64,000 bases of DNA. Origin: Kiritimatiellia bacterium. Its GTDB lineage: Bacteria; Verrucomicrobiota; Kiritimatiellia; RFP12; JBMNHG01. Positions within the stretch are counted from its first letter, which is position 1. Each line of letters opens with the position of its first letter. The position numbers were made by a program, and so were the translations under genes. Of this stretch, positions 1 through 9,142 are shown in pieces. The stretch lies in the NCBI GenBank assembly GCA_050950285.1, contig JBMNHG010000003.1, forward strand, positions 186,001-250,000, given 5' to 3'. The notes below the pieces were generated by a model. That model saw only the letters and a program-made list of their open reading frames with translations. It was not told the DNA's origin and searched no databases.

Positions 1-547
1 AGCTCGGCCAGGATTTCATCCAGCCCCTTGAGCCGGTAGCGCTTGCAGGTGGCGCGGATATCGTCGATGTCCGCATCCGGATTGCGCCCGAGCAGTTCAA
101 GGATGTCGGCTTTGGACTTTACGCCGCCCGCATAGAGCTTCAAGGCCACCAGTTGCGGCAGGGGAACCAGTTTCAGGGAACTGCCCGGACGCACGACCAT
201 GGTGGCGCTCACGGGCGCCATCCTCGATCACTGCCGGGAAACGCCCGCCGAAGTTCACGATCTGCAGCAGGCCGAAGCTGCCGGAGATGTCGATGACGCC
301 GCCAAGCGGATCGGCGCCGTCAGGCTCATGAAGCTCCGCCGTGAAACCGGCCTCGCGGAGCGCGGCCAGCACCCGTCTCAGGGTGGCCAGATCGGCGCTG
401 ACGCCAAGGTCGATGTCGCGGGTGTGGCGGACATAATTATGGGCGGCGAGCGCAACCGCGCCGATCACAACCGCCTCGACCTGCTGCTCGCTTGAGAATA
501 TCGGCCACCTGCTCGGCCGCACGCAGAATGGGGGCGGGCGGCTTCAT
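1..547 (-). pseudogene. Nucleotidyltransferase-fold (AbiEii/DUF6036-like) toxin-type gene; two apparent +1 frameshifts; runs off window edge
   Basis: Joining three frames gives MKPPAPILRAAEQVADILK / EQQVEAVVIGAVALAAHNYVRHTRDIDL...AVIEDGA / ATMVVRPGSSLKLVPLPQLVALKLYAGGVKSKADILELL. The IGA.A...R.TRDID and LxxLKL motifs are typical of this family. Shifts fall near 490 and 210. Confidence 0.65.
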
Positions 548-550
548 GGA

Positions 551-760
551 TCACTCATCCTTCGTTATTGCGGTGGGCTCCAGCCAGGAGAACTCCTCGC
601 TCATGGTGAGGGCCTCCATGATGCGCTCCTCCACGGACATGCCGCGGAGGCGCGCCAATTCCCGCTCGAAAGACTTGCGGGCACAGGCACTGGCAACCGC
701 CTGCGGGAATTGCTCCCGCGGCGGTGCGGTACGCCCGCGTCCATGTTCAGCCCGTTTCAT
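551..760 (-). CDS. Small (69 aa) hypothetical protein, probable antitoxin/partner of the nucleotidyltransferase
   Basis: MKRAEHGRG...ERELARLRGMSVEERIMEAL; stop lies 3 nt before the next ATG (547). The MSxEER motif is common in such partners. Confidence 0.5.
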   Translation of the reverse strand: MKRAEHGRGRTAPPREQFPQAVASACARKSFERELARLRGMSVEERIMEALTMSEEFSWLEPTAITKDE

Positions 761-832
761 GCCGCTATTGTGCCGCATGAGCGGGTATTTGGCAAGTGGC
801 CTGCGATTACTGCGGGTTGTTTTTGACAGGAT

Positions 833-954
833 GAGGCGCTTGCAAAACCCCTTGCCCCTGGGGACCGCCGTCCCCGGCGGGCCGGATGGATTGGCTGGCT
901 GGCTGGCTGGAGGGACGACCTCCGTATCGTCCGTCCGGGTTTTGCAAGCGCCTC
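833..954. mobile_element. 122-bp MITE with perfect 18-bp terminal inverted repeats and internal REP-like hairpins
   Basis: GAGGCGCTTGCAAAACCC (833-850) and its reverse complement GGGTTTTGCAAGCGCCTC (937-954); the left 50 bp recur at 8619-8668. Confidence 0.7.
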
Positions 955-1082
955 TGCGGAGAAATTGCGAAGCCCGGAGCCGCCCCGGGGTTCCCAGTAG
1001 CCACGGGTGAAGAGAAGCGGGGCGGTGGAGTGAGTCCGGCGCAAGCCGGGCTAGACTGGCGGCAGAGGCACGCGCCCCGGAG

Positions 1083-1337
1083 GCGTGGGCGGAGCCGTGC
1101 GTCTGGACGAAGCGCATGTTGGCGACCCTGGGAACAGGGGTGAAGGGAGGCGAACGCCTTCTTCACGGAGCATGGGCTGTTCTCCTGCGTTGCAGCCCGT
1201 GCGCAAGCCGTCAACCCGTGCGAACGGCAACGCCATCGACTGGAGAGCCGTATGCGGGAGATCCGCCTGTACGGTTCGGAGGGAGGGGCGGCGCAACTCA
1301 ATGCGCCGTCCCTGCCCCTGCGCCGTCCCTGCCCTAT
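1083..1337 (+). mobile_element. Group II intron remnant: RT N-terminus fused to RT C-terminus, then domains V-VI
   Basis: AWAEPCVWTKRMLATLGTGVKGG (1083-1151) is joined to NAFFTEHGLFS (from 1153). Domain V GAGAGCCGTATGCGGGAGATCCGCCTGTACGGTTC lies at about 1243-1277, followed by a D6 stem and terminal CCCTAT (1337). Confidence 0.8.
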
Positions 1338-1408
1338 CTTTCCCAACTCCACATTCCAGCTCCCAATGCCTGAATCTCCGCGCGCAGCGCGATTTGTAGC
1401 CGGGCTAG
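1338..1408 (+). repeat. Right half of the MITE found intact at 31114-31267
   Basis: CTTTCCCAACTCCACATTCCAGCTCCCAATGCCTGAATCTCCGCGCGCAGCGCGATTTGTAGCCGGGCTAG aligns without gaps to 31195-31265. Confidence 0.75.
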
Positions 1409-1624
1409 CAACGCCCTTTGGTTTCATCGCCCTTGCTATCGGGATCGGGCGATAACGCGAACAGGCGCCCAAAGGACGAAAGCATACGGGGACGACGGTC
1501 CCCATTTTTCGTCAGATTGATGTGCAAGGAAGGGTTGTGGTAAACTTCGGTTCGAAACGGCCCCCTGAAAGCCAGACATGTTGAACGGCTCACATAGACC
1601 GGAACACACCAGGAAGGGATTGCA

Positions 1625-2818
1625 ATGGCGAAAAAGTCGTTGAACCGCAGCCTGCACGCCGCAAAGGCAGCCAAGCAGGACGAGTTCTACACCCAGTACA
1701 TCGACATCCAGAAGGAGGTCGAGGCCTATCTGGAGTTCGACCCGGACACCTTCCGCGGCAAGGTCGTCTACTGCAACTGTGACGACCCCTTCGAGAGCAA
1801 TTTCTTCAAGTACTTCGCCACCAACTTCAACAAGCTCGGACTGAAGAAGCTTATCGCGACCAGCTACGACGGCTCCCCCATCGCCGGACAGATGACGCTC
1901 TTCCCGGAGTACGATGAGGGCAACGGCGGGCGGCAAAAACCCAAGGCCTTGGCCGTGACGCTCGACCATGTGAAGGACGAAGACGGCGACGGCGCGGCGA
2001 ACCTCGACGATGTGAAGCTCTTCCTCAAGCGCAACAAGGCGGCGCGGGAGCCCCTGAACGGAGGTGGTGACTTCCGTAGCGCAGAATGCATCGAGTTCCT
2101 GGAAGAAGCGGACATCGTGGTCACCAACCCGCCCTTCTCCCTCTTCCGCGAGTACGTGGCACAGCTTGTGGAACACGAAAAGAAGTTCCTGATCATCGGA
2201 AACCAGAATGCGGTCACCTACAAGGAGATTTTTCCTCTCATCAAAGCCGACAAACTCTGGATGGGAGCCACCATTCATAGCGGCGACCGCGAGTTCCGTG
2301 TTCCAGACCACTATCCACTCAAGGCGGCTGGCTGGCGCATTGATGAATACGGCGTTAAGTATATCCGCGTCAAGGGTGTTCGATGGTGGACCAATCTGGA
2401 TCACGGACGCCGCCATGAGAAGTTGCCCCTCATGACCATGGCCGACAATCTGAAATTCAGCAAGCACAAGGAGATCAAGGGCAGGGCAGGCTACGACCGA
2501 TACGACAACTACGACGCGATCGAGGTGCCGTTCACCGATGCGATTCCCAGCGACTACGACGGTGTCATGGGGGTGCCGATCACCTTTCTGGACAAGTACA
2601 ATCCCGATCAGTTCGAGATCGTCGGCACGACGGAATCGAACGATCCAGACAACGCCTTCAGAACCCGGGTCTACACTTCGGAGGAGTGCCGTAATGCGTA
2701 CGAGAAACGATTCGGCAAGCCGGGTGTCTACGACCTCAACGCTTCGGGCGTCGTGGGCGGCGTCAAAGTTTTCAAGCGCGTCCTCATCCGTCACCGTCAC
2801 GCAAAAGGAAAGAAATAA
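1625..2818 (+). CDS. Adenine-specific DNA methyltransferase, EcoRI family
   Basis: DEFYT, VVYCNCDDP, GDFRSAEC and DIVVTNPPFSLFREY (catalytic NPPF) motifs; C-terminal GVMGVPITFLDKYNPDQF. Confidence 0.9.
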   Translation: MAKKSLNRSLHAAKAAKQDEFYTQYIDIQKEVEAYLEFDPDTFRGKVVYCNCDDPFESNFFKYFATNFNKLGLKKLIATSYDGSPIAGQMTLFPEYDEGNGGRQKPKALAVTLDHVKDEDGDGAANLDDVKLFLKRNKAAREPLNGGGDFRSAECIEFLEEADIVVTNPPFSLFREYVAQLVEHEKKFLIIGNQNAVTYKEIFPLIKADKLWMGATIHSGDREFRVPDHYPLKAAGWRIDEYGVKYIRVKGVRWWTNLDHGRRHEKLPLMTMADNLKFSKHKEIKGRAGYDRYDNYDAIEVPFTDAIPSDYDGVMGVPITFLDKYNPDQFEIVGTTESNDPDNAFRTRVYTSEECRNAYEKRFGKPGVYDLNASGVVGGVKVFKRVLIRHRHAKGKK

Positions 2819-3984
2819 TGGAAACCACTCTCAGGACCGACATCACGGTCGCCGACATCTGCGACGGATTTGTGTACAACGAACTGGAGGGCAAGGGGCT
2901 CTTCGGTCTGGGCGGGAAGCTGACCATCCAGCCGGAATACCAACGCAACTACATTTACGCCGACGGCGGCGGAAAGAAAGAGCAAGCGGTCATCCACTCG
3001 CTGCTCAAAAGATATCCGCTCGGGCTGATCTACTTCAACAAGGTCGCGGCGGACAAATTCGAGGTGCTCGACGGCCAGCAGCGGATCACCAGCATCGGGC
3101 GGTTCGTCACGAACAAGTTCGCGATCCTGGACGGCGGCAATCCCAAGAACTTCGACAGTCTGCCGGCCGACCAGCGCAACCGGATCTTGGAGTCGCGACT
3201 GCTGGTCTACGAATGCGAGGGCACGGAAACCGAGATCAAGCAGTGGTTCGAGACCATCAACATCGTGGGCGTGCCGCTCAACTCCCAGGAACTCTTGAAT
3301 GCCATCTACTCGGGCCCCTTCGTGACGCTGGCGAAGGCCGAGTTCAGCAACAGCCAAAACGCCAACATCCAGAAGTGGAGCGCCTACATCAAGGGCAGCG
3401 CCAACCGGCAGGATTTTTTGGAGAGGGCGCTGGATTGGGTAAGCAAGGGCGACATCGGCGGCTACATGAGCGCCCACCGCACCGACACCGACATTGCCGG
3501 GTTGAAGGCCTATTTCAACAGCGTGATCGACTGGGTCTCTACCGTGTTTATCGACGTCCTCCCCGAGATGCGCGGTCTGGAATGGGGCAGGCTCTACGAG
3601 GAGCACCACGCCAAGGCCTACGATCCGAAGAAGATGCAAGCCGACGTGCACCGGCTCTTCGCCGACGACTACGTTACGAGTCGCAAAGGCATCTTCGAGT
3701 ATCTCCTGGGCGGTTCGACCGAAAAGAAGTTGCTGGCCGTGCGGGTGTTCGACGAGAAGACCAAGCGGGTCACGTACAACAAGCAGACGCAGGCCGCAAA
3801 GGCCAAAAGCAAGTCCAACTGCCCGCTGTGCGCCGTCGGCGAGAACGCCAACCAAGGCAGAATCTACCGGCTCGACGAGATGGACGCCGACCACGTCACC
3901 GCGTGGAGCAAGGGCGGCGACAGTTCGGCCAAAAACTGCCAGATGCTCTGCATCACCCATAACCGGGCCAAAGGGAATCGATAG
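2818..3984 (+). CDS. DUF262 (GmrS-like) domain plus C-terminal HNH endonuclease
   Basis: IQPEYQRNY and EVLDGQQR DUF262 motifs; CPLC...ADHVTAWSKGG...NCQMLCITHN HNH; TAATG overlap with the methylase. Confidence 0.88.
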   Translation: METTLRTDITVADICDGFVYNELEGKGLFGLGGKLTIQPEYQRNYIYADGGGKKEQAVIHSLLKRYPLGLIYFNKVAADKFEVLDGQQRITSIGRFVTNKFAILDGGNPKNFDSLPADQRNRILESRLLVYECEGTETEIKQWFETINIVGVPLNSQELLNAIYSGPFVTLAKAEFSNSQNANIQKWSAYIKGSANRQDFLERALDWVSKGDIGGYMSAHRTDTDIAGLKAYFNSVIDWVSTVFIDVLPEMRGLEWGRLYEEHHAKAYDPKKMQADVHRLFADDYVTSRKGIFEYLLGGSTEKKLLAVRVFDEKTKRVTYNKQTQAAKAKSKSNCPLCAVGENANQGRIYRLDEMDADHVTAWSKGGDSSAKNCQMLCITHNRAKGNR

Positions 3985-4075
3985 GGGCGCAAACGTCAAA
4001 AGTCCGACTTGCGCAGTCCGGGCATAACTGGTAAGATTCGTTGCCGGTTAAGGCGAAAACCGGAAAGGGATATGC

Positions 4076-5389
4076 ATGGACAGACCTTTGCGCAGACTCT
4101 TGGCGGAACTGATCGCGGACTTCCAGGCCGCGCTGATCGAGGCCGGGTTCGACCGTGCCCTGCGCCTCCAGACCGCCCCCCGCAAGGCCGCCGTCTGCAT
4201 CGGCGTCCGCCGCTGCGGCAAAACCACCGTCCTTTTCCAGCACATCCGGCGTCTGCTCGACAGCGGCGTCCCGATGGAGAACATCGTCTACTTGAACTTC
4301 TTCGACGACCGGCTGCGGTCGCTGGACCGCGACACCCTCGACACGGTCGGCGAGGCGTATTTCGGGATGTTCCCGGAAAAGAAGGGCACGGAGAAGGTCT
4401 ATTTCTTCCTCGACGAGATTCAATGCGTTCCGGGATGGGAACCCTATGTGGACCGGTTGCTGCGGACCGAAAAATGCGAGGTCTTCCTCTCCGGCTCCTC
4501 CGCCAAGCTGCTGTCCACGGAAGTCGCCACCCAGATGCGGGGACGCTCGCTGTCGTGGGAACTCTTCCCGTTCTCCTTCGGCGAATTCGTCCGCGCGCGC
4601 GGCATGAACCCGGAGGGGCCGCCGACCTCCAAGCGCCGCCTGACGCTCGCCAAGCACTTCGATGCGTATTGGCGGACCGGAGGCTTCCCCGAGGTATTGG
4701 ACGCCACCGACAAGATCCGGGTGATGACACATCAGGAATACCTGAACGCGATCCTGTTCCGCGATGTGATCGAACGGCATAACGTCGCGCATCCCCGCGC
4801 CGTGGCGGATCTCGCCGCCTGGCTCATCGACAACACGGCCTCGACCTACTCGATCAACAGGCTGACCGGATACCTCTCCGCGCTGGGGCACCGGATACCC
4901 AAGAACACCGTCGGCGATCTTTTGGACTGGTTTGAGGACGCCTATTTCCTGTTCACCGTGCGGATCTTCGATGCCTCCCTTGCCCGATCCAATACGAATC
5001 CCAAGAAAATCTACTGCATCGACCATGCCCTGGTGCGCTCCACCTCCTCCGGCGTCTTGGTCAATGACGGGCATCTGCTTGAAAACATCGTTTTCCTCGC
5101 CTTGCGCCGTTCCGGGGCAAAAATCTACTACCACCGCACGAAGGGCGGGCGGGAGGTTGATTTTGCCGTGCCGGGCAAGAACGGCGTCGAACTGGTGCAA
5201 GTCTGCGAATCCCTGAAGGCGGCGGAGACCCGCGAACGCGAACTCCGCGCCTTGGGCGAAGCCATGCTCGAACTGGACGTGAAGGACGGGACGGTCGTCA
5301 CGCGCTCGGAGGAAGGGGTTGAACAGACCGACGCCGGCGAGATTTCGATTCGACCCGCCTGGCGCTGGTTGCTGTCGCGGGAAACATGA
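4076..5389 (+). CDS. AAA_14 / DUF4143 ATP-binding protein
   Basis: Walker A GVRRCGKT, Walker B FFLDEIQ, SGSS, GGFPE, PKKIYCID, C-terminal REVDF...LVQV. Confidence 0.9.
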   Translation: MDRPLRRLLAELIADFQAALIEAGFDRALRLQTAPRKAAVCIGVRRCGKTTVLFQHIRRLLDSGVPMENIVYLNFFDDRLRSLDRDTLDTVGEAYFGMFPEKKGTEKVYFFLDEIQCVPGWEPYVDRLLRTEKCEVFLSGSSAKLLSTEVATQMRGRSLSWELFPFSFGEFVRARGMNPEGPPTSKRRLTLAKHFDAYWRTGGFPEVLDATDKIRVMTHQEYLNAILFRDVIERHNVAHPRAVADLAAWLIDNTASTYSINRLTGYLSALGHRIPKNTVGDLLDWFEDAYFLFTVRIFDASLARSNTNPKKIYCIDHALVRSTSSGVLVNDGHLLENIVFLALRRSGAKIYYHRTKGGREVDFAVPGKNGVELVQVCESLKAAETRERELRALGEAMLELDVKDGTVVTRSEEGVEQTDAGEISIRPAWRWLLSRET

Positions 5390-5416
5390 CCAGCGTGGGC
5401 GTCCCCGCGGGATGGC

Positions 5417-5440
5417 CCGCCGGGGACGGCGGTCCCCAGT
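5417..5440 (-). repeat. REP-like palindrome (GGGGAC-cgcc-GTCCCC family)
   Basis: Reverse complement of CTGGGGACCGCCGTCCCCGGCGGG seen at 858-881 and 8644-8667; a variant lies at 1488-1504. Confidence 0.65.
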
Positions 5441-5570
5441 GAGCAGGTCGCCCGCGTTGCGTCAGAAAAAAGCGCGAAGCCTGGAGCCCGCAGTCTCTGC
5501 GGGGAAGGCTAAAGATCCCCTCGCCAGCGGATATCCGGATGGCTTCAACGGGCGCCCGCACTCGCTCGGT

Positions 5571-5628
5571 GGGCAATAATGATCAATCGTTGAGTAATAA
5601 TGCCCAGTCATTGAGTATTTTGTTGCCC
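5571..5628. promoter_or_regulatory. AT-rich imperfect inverted/direct repeat, putative operator upstream of the second ATPase
   Basis: GGGCAATAATGATCAA ... TTGAGTATTTTGTTGCCC, with TTGAGTA occurring twice. Confidence 0.4.
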
Positions 5629-5658
5629 GGGTGCGGTGCGCATGGTAAACTCCGGAGC

Positions 5659-6846
5659 ATGAATTACGAACGTCCTCTCGTTGATGTGCTGCGCAAGGCC
5701 CTGGACAAGAGGCCGGGGGTCATGCATGTGGTGGTCGGGCCGCGGCAGGTGGGCAAGACCACGGCGGTTCGGCAGGTGTGCGGACATCTCGACTATCCCA
5801 GCCACTGGGCCTCCGCCGATGCGCCCGTGCCGCCGGGCGCGGAGTGGATCGAGAGCCATTGGCGTCTGGCGGGAACAGATGCGGCCAGAAGCGGCAAGCC
5901 GGTTCTGCTGGTGCTGGACGAGATCCAGAAGGTCAGGGGCTGGAGCGAGACCGTCAAGCGGCTGTGGGACGAGACGCTGGCCACCGGCGTGCCGTTGCGC
6001 GTGGTGCTGCTTGGCTCGTCCGCCCTGCTGGTCCAGGCCGGCCTGACGGAGAGCCTGACGGGACGCTTCTTCCTGCACCGCTGCATGCACTGGGGGTGGC
6101 CGGAGTGCCGGACGGCCTTCGGGTGGGATCTGGACGACTGGCTCTACTTCGGCGGGTACCCCGGTGCCGCCGCCTTTGCCGACGACGAGCAGGCCTGGCG
6201 GCAGTATGTCTCGGACGCGATGGTCGAGACCGTCCTGTCGCGGGATGTCTTCCAGCTCGCGAACATCGCGAAGCCCGTGCTCATGCGCCACCTCTTCGGC
6301 CTGGCCGCGCAGTATCCCGCGCAGATCGTCTCCTATACCAAGCTGATGGGCCAGTTGCAGGACGCGGGCAACACCACCACGCTGGCCCACTACCTGCGCC
6401 TGCTCGAATCCGCCTTCCTCGTCTCGGGGCTGGAACAGTATTCCGTCGGACAGATCCGGAAACGCGGCAGCAGCCCCAAGCTGGTCTTCTGGAACAATGC
6501 CCTGATCCACGCCATGAGCGGACGGACCCGGCGCACCACGTTCGGGGACGGGGCGTGGATGGGACGGATCGTGGAGAATGCCATCGGCGCGCAGCTCCTG
6601 AACCGGCTCCAGGGGGCGGAGTGGTCGGTCGCCTACTGGCGCGATGGGAACAAGGAGGTGGATTTCGTGGTGCGGCGCGGGGCGCGGCTCTGGGGCATCG
6701 AGGTGAAGAGCGGCCGCCCGGGGAAGCTTTCGGGAATGGAGGCCTTCCGACGCCGTTACCCCAAGGCCGGGGCCTGGCTCATCGGCGCGGAGGGGATCGC
6801 GCTCGAAACCTTCTTCGCCCGCGACCCCGCAACCTTTTTCGAATAA
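5659..6846 (+). CDS. AAA_14 / DUF4143 ATP-binding protein
   Basis: GPRQVGKT, LVLDEIQ, LGSS, GGYP, SPKL, YWRDGNKEVDFVV...IEVKSG; start taken at MNYERP. Confidence 0.9.
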   Translation: MNYERPLVDVLRKALDKRPGVMHVVVGPRQVGKTTAVRQVCGHLDYPSHWASADAPVPPGAEWIESHWRLAGTDAARSGKPVLLVLDEIQKVRGWSETVKRLWDETLATGVPLRVVLLGSSALLVQAGLTESLTGRFFLHRCMHWGWPECRTAFGWDLDDWLYFGGYPGAAAFADDEQAWRQYVSDAMVETVLSRDVFQLANIAKPVLMRHLFGLAAQYPAQIVSYTKLMGQLQDAGNTTTLAHYLRLLESAFLVSGLEQYSVGQIRKRGSSPKLVFWNNALIHAMSGRTRRTTFGDGAWMGRIVENAIGAQLLNRLQGAEWSVAYWRDGNKEVDFVVRRGARLWGIEVKSGRPGKLSGMEAFRRRYPKAGAWLIGAEGIALETFFARDPATFFE

Positions 6847-7105
6847 AAAAAACCACCTAGCCGTACCTTGTTGCAGTGATAAACCTGCCATCCGCCACTC
6901 GGGTACCGGGTACCGGAACACGGGGCCGATTCGTTCGGCCGGAGAATGGAATACGATCTGCCGCCAGCACGCCAATCAATCATCCGGTTGCCGGGAACGG
7001 CCAAGTGGCAGCACGATGCCATGCCCTTCGAGACAAGGGAACCGCTCTTCCCAAGACTCGTACATGGGTGCAGCGTATTTGCCGTGTTGCAACTGCAACG
7101 ATGTA

Positions 7106-8461
7106 CTAGAGGATGATCGAACCGCCGGCCGCCAGCAGCTCGCGCGTTTCCGCGGCATCGACCTGGGGCATCGGGATGGCGTGCGTGAGCGCCTGGAAGG
7201 CGGCCACGCCGGCGGCCTCGCCGCACTGGTTCAGGTTGACCATGACCCGGATGGCGCCGAACGCCTCGCGGTCGACGCCGGCCATGCGGCCCGCGCAAAT
7301 CAGGTTTTGGGAGTTTTCGGGGATCAGGCAGCCCAGCGTGAACTGGTAGAAGGGGAGGCACTCGCCCTCCGGCAGCCAGCGCGAGGTGCTGACCGGCTTG
7401 TCGCCGCGGTAGGTGACGCACGAGCCGTCCAGGCGCTTGAAGGTGATGGCGGAGTCGCTGTCGCTGTGGATGTCGACCGGATAGGTGCCGTTGCCGATGG
7501 CGTCGGGGAAGCGGGTCCCCTGGAGCATGGCCTCCCCCGCGAGCAGGCGGAGCGGGACGATGTGCCGCCCTTCGCGGATGCCGATGGCGGAGGGCAGCGC
7601 CTGGAGCGTCAGGGTATTGCCGGGACGCGCGACGCGCAGCATGTCCATCAGGGCGCGGATCTGCCGGCGCGACGCGAACTCGGCCTGCGTGATGGCGTCG
7701 GCATCGTCGCAGTCGCAATGGAGGACGCGCGTGCCGGCCAGCATGTGGATCCGGCTGGAAGGGGTCCACATGCCCCAGCCGTAGCCGCAGGGAAGATCCG
7801 GGAAGCGGTCGCGGTACGCGTCGCACAGCTCCTGCAGCCGGAATTCGCCCAGGGAGTCCCAGTTCTCAAACCGCGCGCAGGCGGAGGGCGGCTGGGGGTG
7901 CGGCGGGCGGACCATCGCCATCCCCGCGTCGCGGCAGAGGACGCCGTCGCCGGAAGCGTCGACGAAGACCTTGGCCCGGATGGCGGAGCGCCCCGATTTG
8001 TTCTGGATGACGATGGCGGAGACAGCCCCGTCGTCGTCCTGCAGCACATGGGTGTAGGCGGTCTGGAACCACGTCCGGATGCGGGGTTGCCCGCAGACCA
8101 GGGCATCGAGCTCGAGCGTCAGCTCCTCGGTGTTGAAGCGGATGCCCTGCCCATTGCTGACGGCGGGGTCGCGGAATTCGGAGACCGCCTGGCGCTTCTC
8201 GAGCCGCTGCACCGTCTCGAAGGTGAGGCCGCCGATGATCTGCCGCCGCCCGGTGAAGTCGTGCAGCGAATGCCACATGCCGACCAGGCCGCAGGTGGCC
8301 ACGCCGCCGAAGCGGTTCTGCTTCTCGACCAGCGCCACGCGGGCGCCGAGGCGGGCCGCCCGCAAGGCGGCGAACACCCCCGTGCAACTTCCGCCGACGA
8401 CGCAGATGTCGGCCTCCATGGCCACGGGGACACGTTCGGCGGGGATGAGGATTTCGGACAT
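7106..8461 (-). CDS. FAD-dependent oxidoreductase (FAD_oxidored family)
   Basis: DICVVGGSCTGVFAALRAARLGARVALVEK...GGVAT, VFVDASGDG, GIREGR, NLICAGR, GEAAG. Confidence 0.88.
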   Translation of the reverse strand: MSEILIPAERVPVAMEADICVVGGSCTGVFAALRAARLGARVALVEKQNRFGGVATCGLVGMWHSLHDFTGRRQIIGGLTFETVQRLEKRQAVSEFRDPAVSNGQGIRFNTEELTLELDALVCGQPRIRTWFQTAYTHVLQDDDGAVSAIVIQNKSGRSAIRAKVFVDASGDGVLCRDAGMAMVRPPHPQPPSACARFENWDSLGEFRLQELCDAYRDRFPDLPCGYGWGMWTPSSRIHMLAGTRVLHCDCDDADAITQAEFASRRQIRALMDMLRVARPGNTLTLQALPSAIGIREGRHIVPLRLLAGEAMLQGTRFPDAIGNGTYPVDIHSDSDSAITFKRLDGSCVTYRGDKPVSTSRWLPEGECLPFYQFTLGCLIPENSQNLICAGRMAGVDREAFGAIRVMVNLNQCGEAAGVAAFQALTHAIPMPQVDAAETRELLAAGGSIIL

Positions 8462-8618
8462 GGCGGACTCCCGGCTGACGGTGGGCAGGAACCTCGATGC
8501 CGCCGCTCTCCCGAAGGATCGCAACGGCCTGGAAGGACGGCGGGTCGTGGCAGCAATCCATGCCGCCACACACAGTATCCCCCAATGCCACCGGTTTGTC
8601 TACCTTCCCTGACAACAC

Positions 8619-8668
8619 GAGGCGCCTGCAAAACCCCTTGCCCCTGGGGACCGCCGTCCCCGGCGGGC
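8619..8668 (+). repeat. Left half of the 833-954 MITE
   Basis: 50 bp matching 833-882 with one mismatch. Confidence 0.8.
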
Positions 8669-8703
8669 TGGGCGCCGGATCAACGCGCCATGACTTTTTG
8701 GGA

Positions 8704-8732
8704 TTGAATCCTTCGGGCCGTCGCGGTACGAT
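8704..8732 (+). promoter_or_regulatory. Sigma70-type promoter for rpsT
   Basis: TTGAAT-N17-TACGAT; AAGGAG RBS before ATG 8784. Confidence 0.55.
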
Positions 8733-8783
8733 GTTCCGATCAATCTTGACCGAGATCGTTTCCCGTTAAGGAGTCCGTCCCCC

Positions 8784-9047
8784 ATGCCCAACATCAAGAG
8801 CGCGATCAAGCGCGTCCGCCAGTCCGCCGCGAACCGTGCCGAGAACCGTGCCGTGAAGAGCTCGGTGGCCACCAGCCGCCGCAAGCTGATTGCGGCGGTC
8901 GAGTCGGGCGACAAGGCCCAGGCCGCCGCCGGTCTTGCCGACTACACGTCGCAGCTGGACAAGGCCGCCAAGAAGGGCGTCATCGCGAAGAACAACGCCG
9001 CCCGCAAGAAGTCGCGTGTCGCCCAGCGTGTCGCGAAGATGGCGTAA
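8784..9047 (+). CDS. rpsT: 30S ribosomal protein S20
   Basis: MPNIKSAIKRVRQS...LDKAAKKGVIAKNNAARKKSR. Confidence 0.97.
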   Translation: MPNIKSAIKRVRQSAANRAENRAVKSSVATSRRKLIAAVESGDKAQAAAGLADYTSQLDKAAKKGVIAKNNAARKKSRVAQRVAKMA

Positions 9048-9142
9048 GGCGCCCTTCCTCCCTGTAGACCCTGATGAATTGCAATCCGTGCGCGGGGCGG
9101 GCGTGTGCTCGTCCCGCGCACGGATTTTATGAGCAGACGGCC

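Noticed and set aside
6850..7100. Possible small gene or ncRNA between the ATPase and the oxidoreductase
   Set aside because: No convincing ORF, RBS or recognisable RNA motif.
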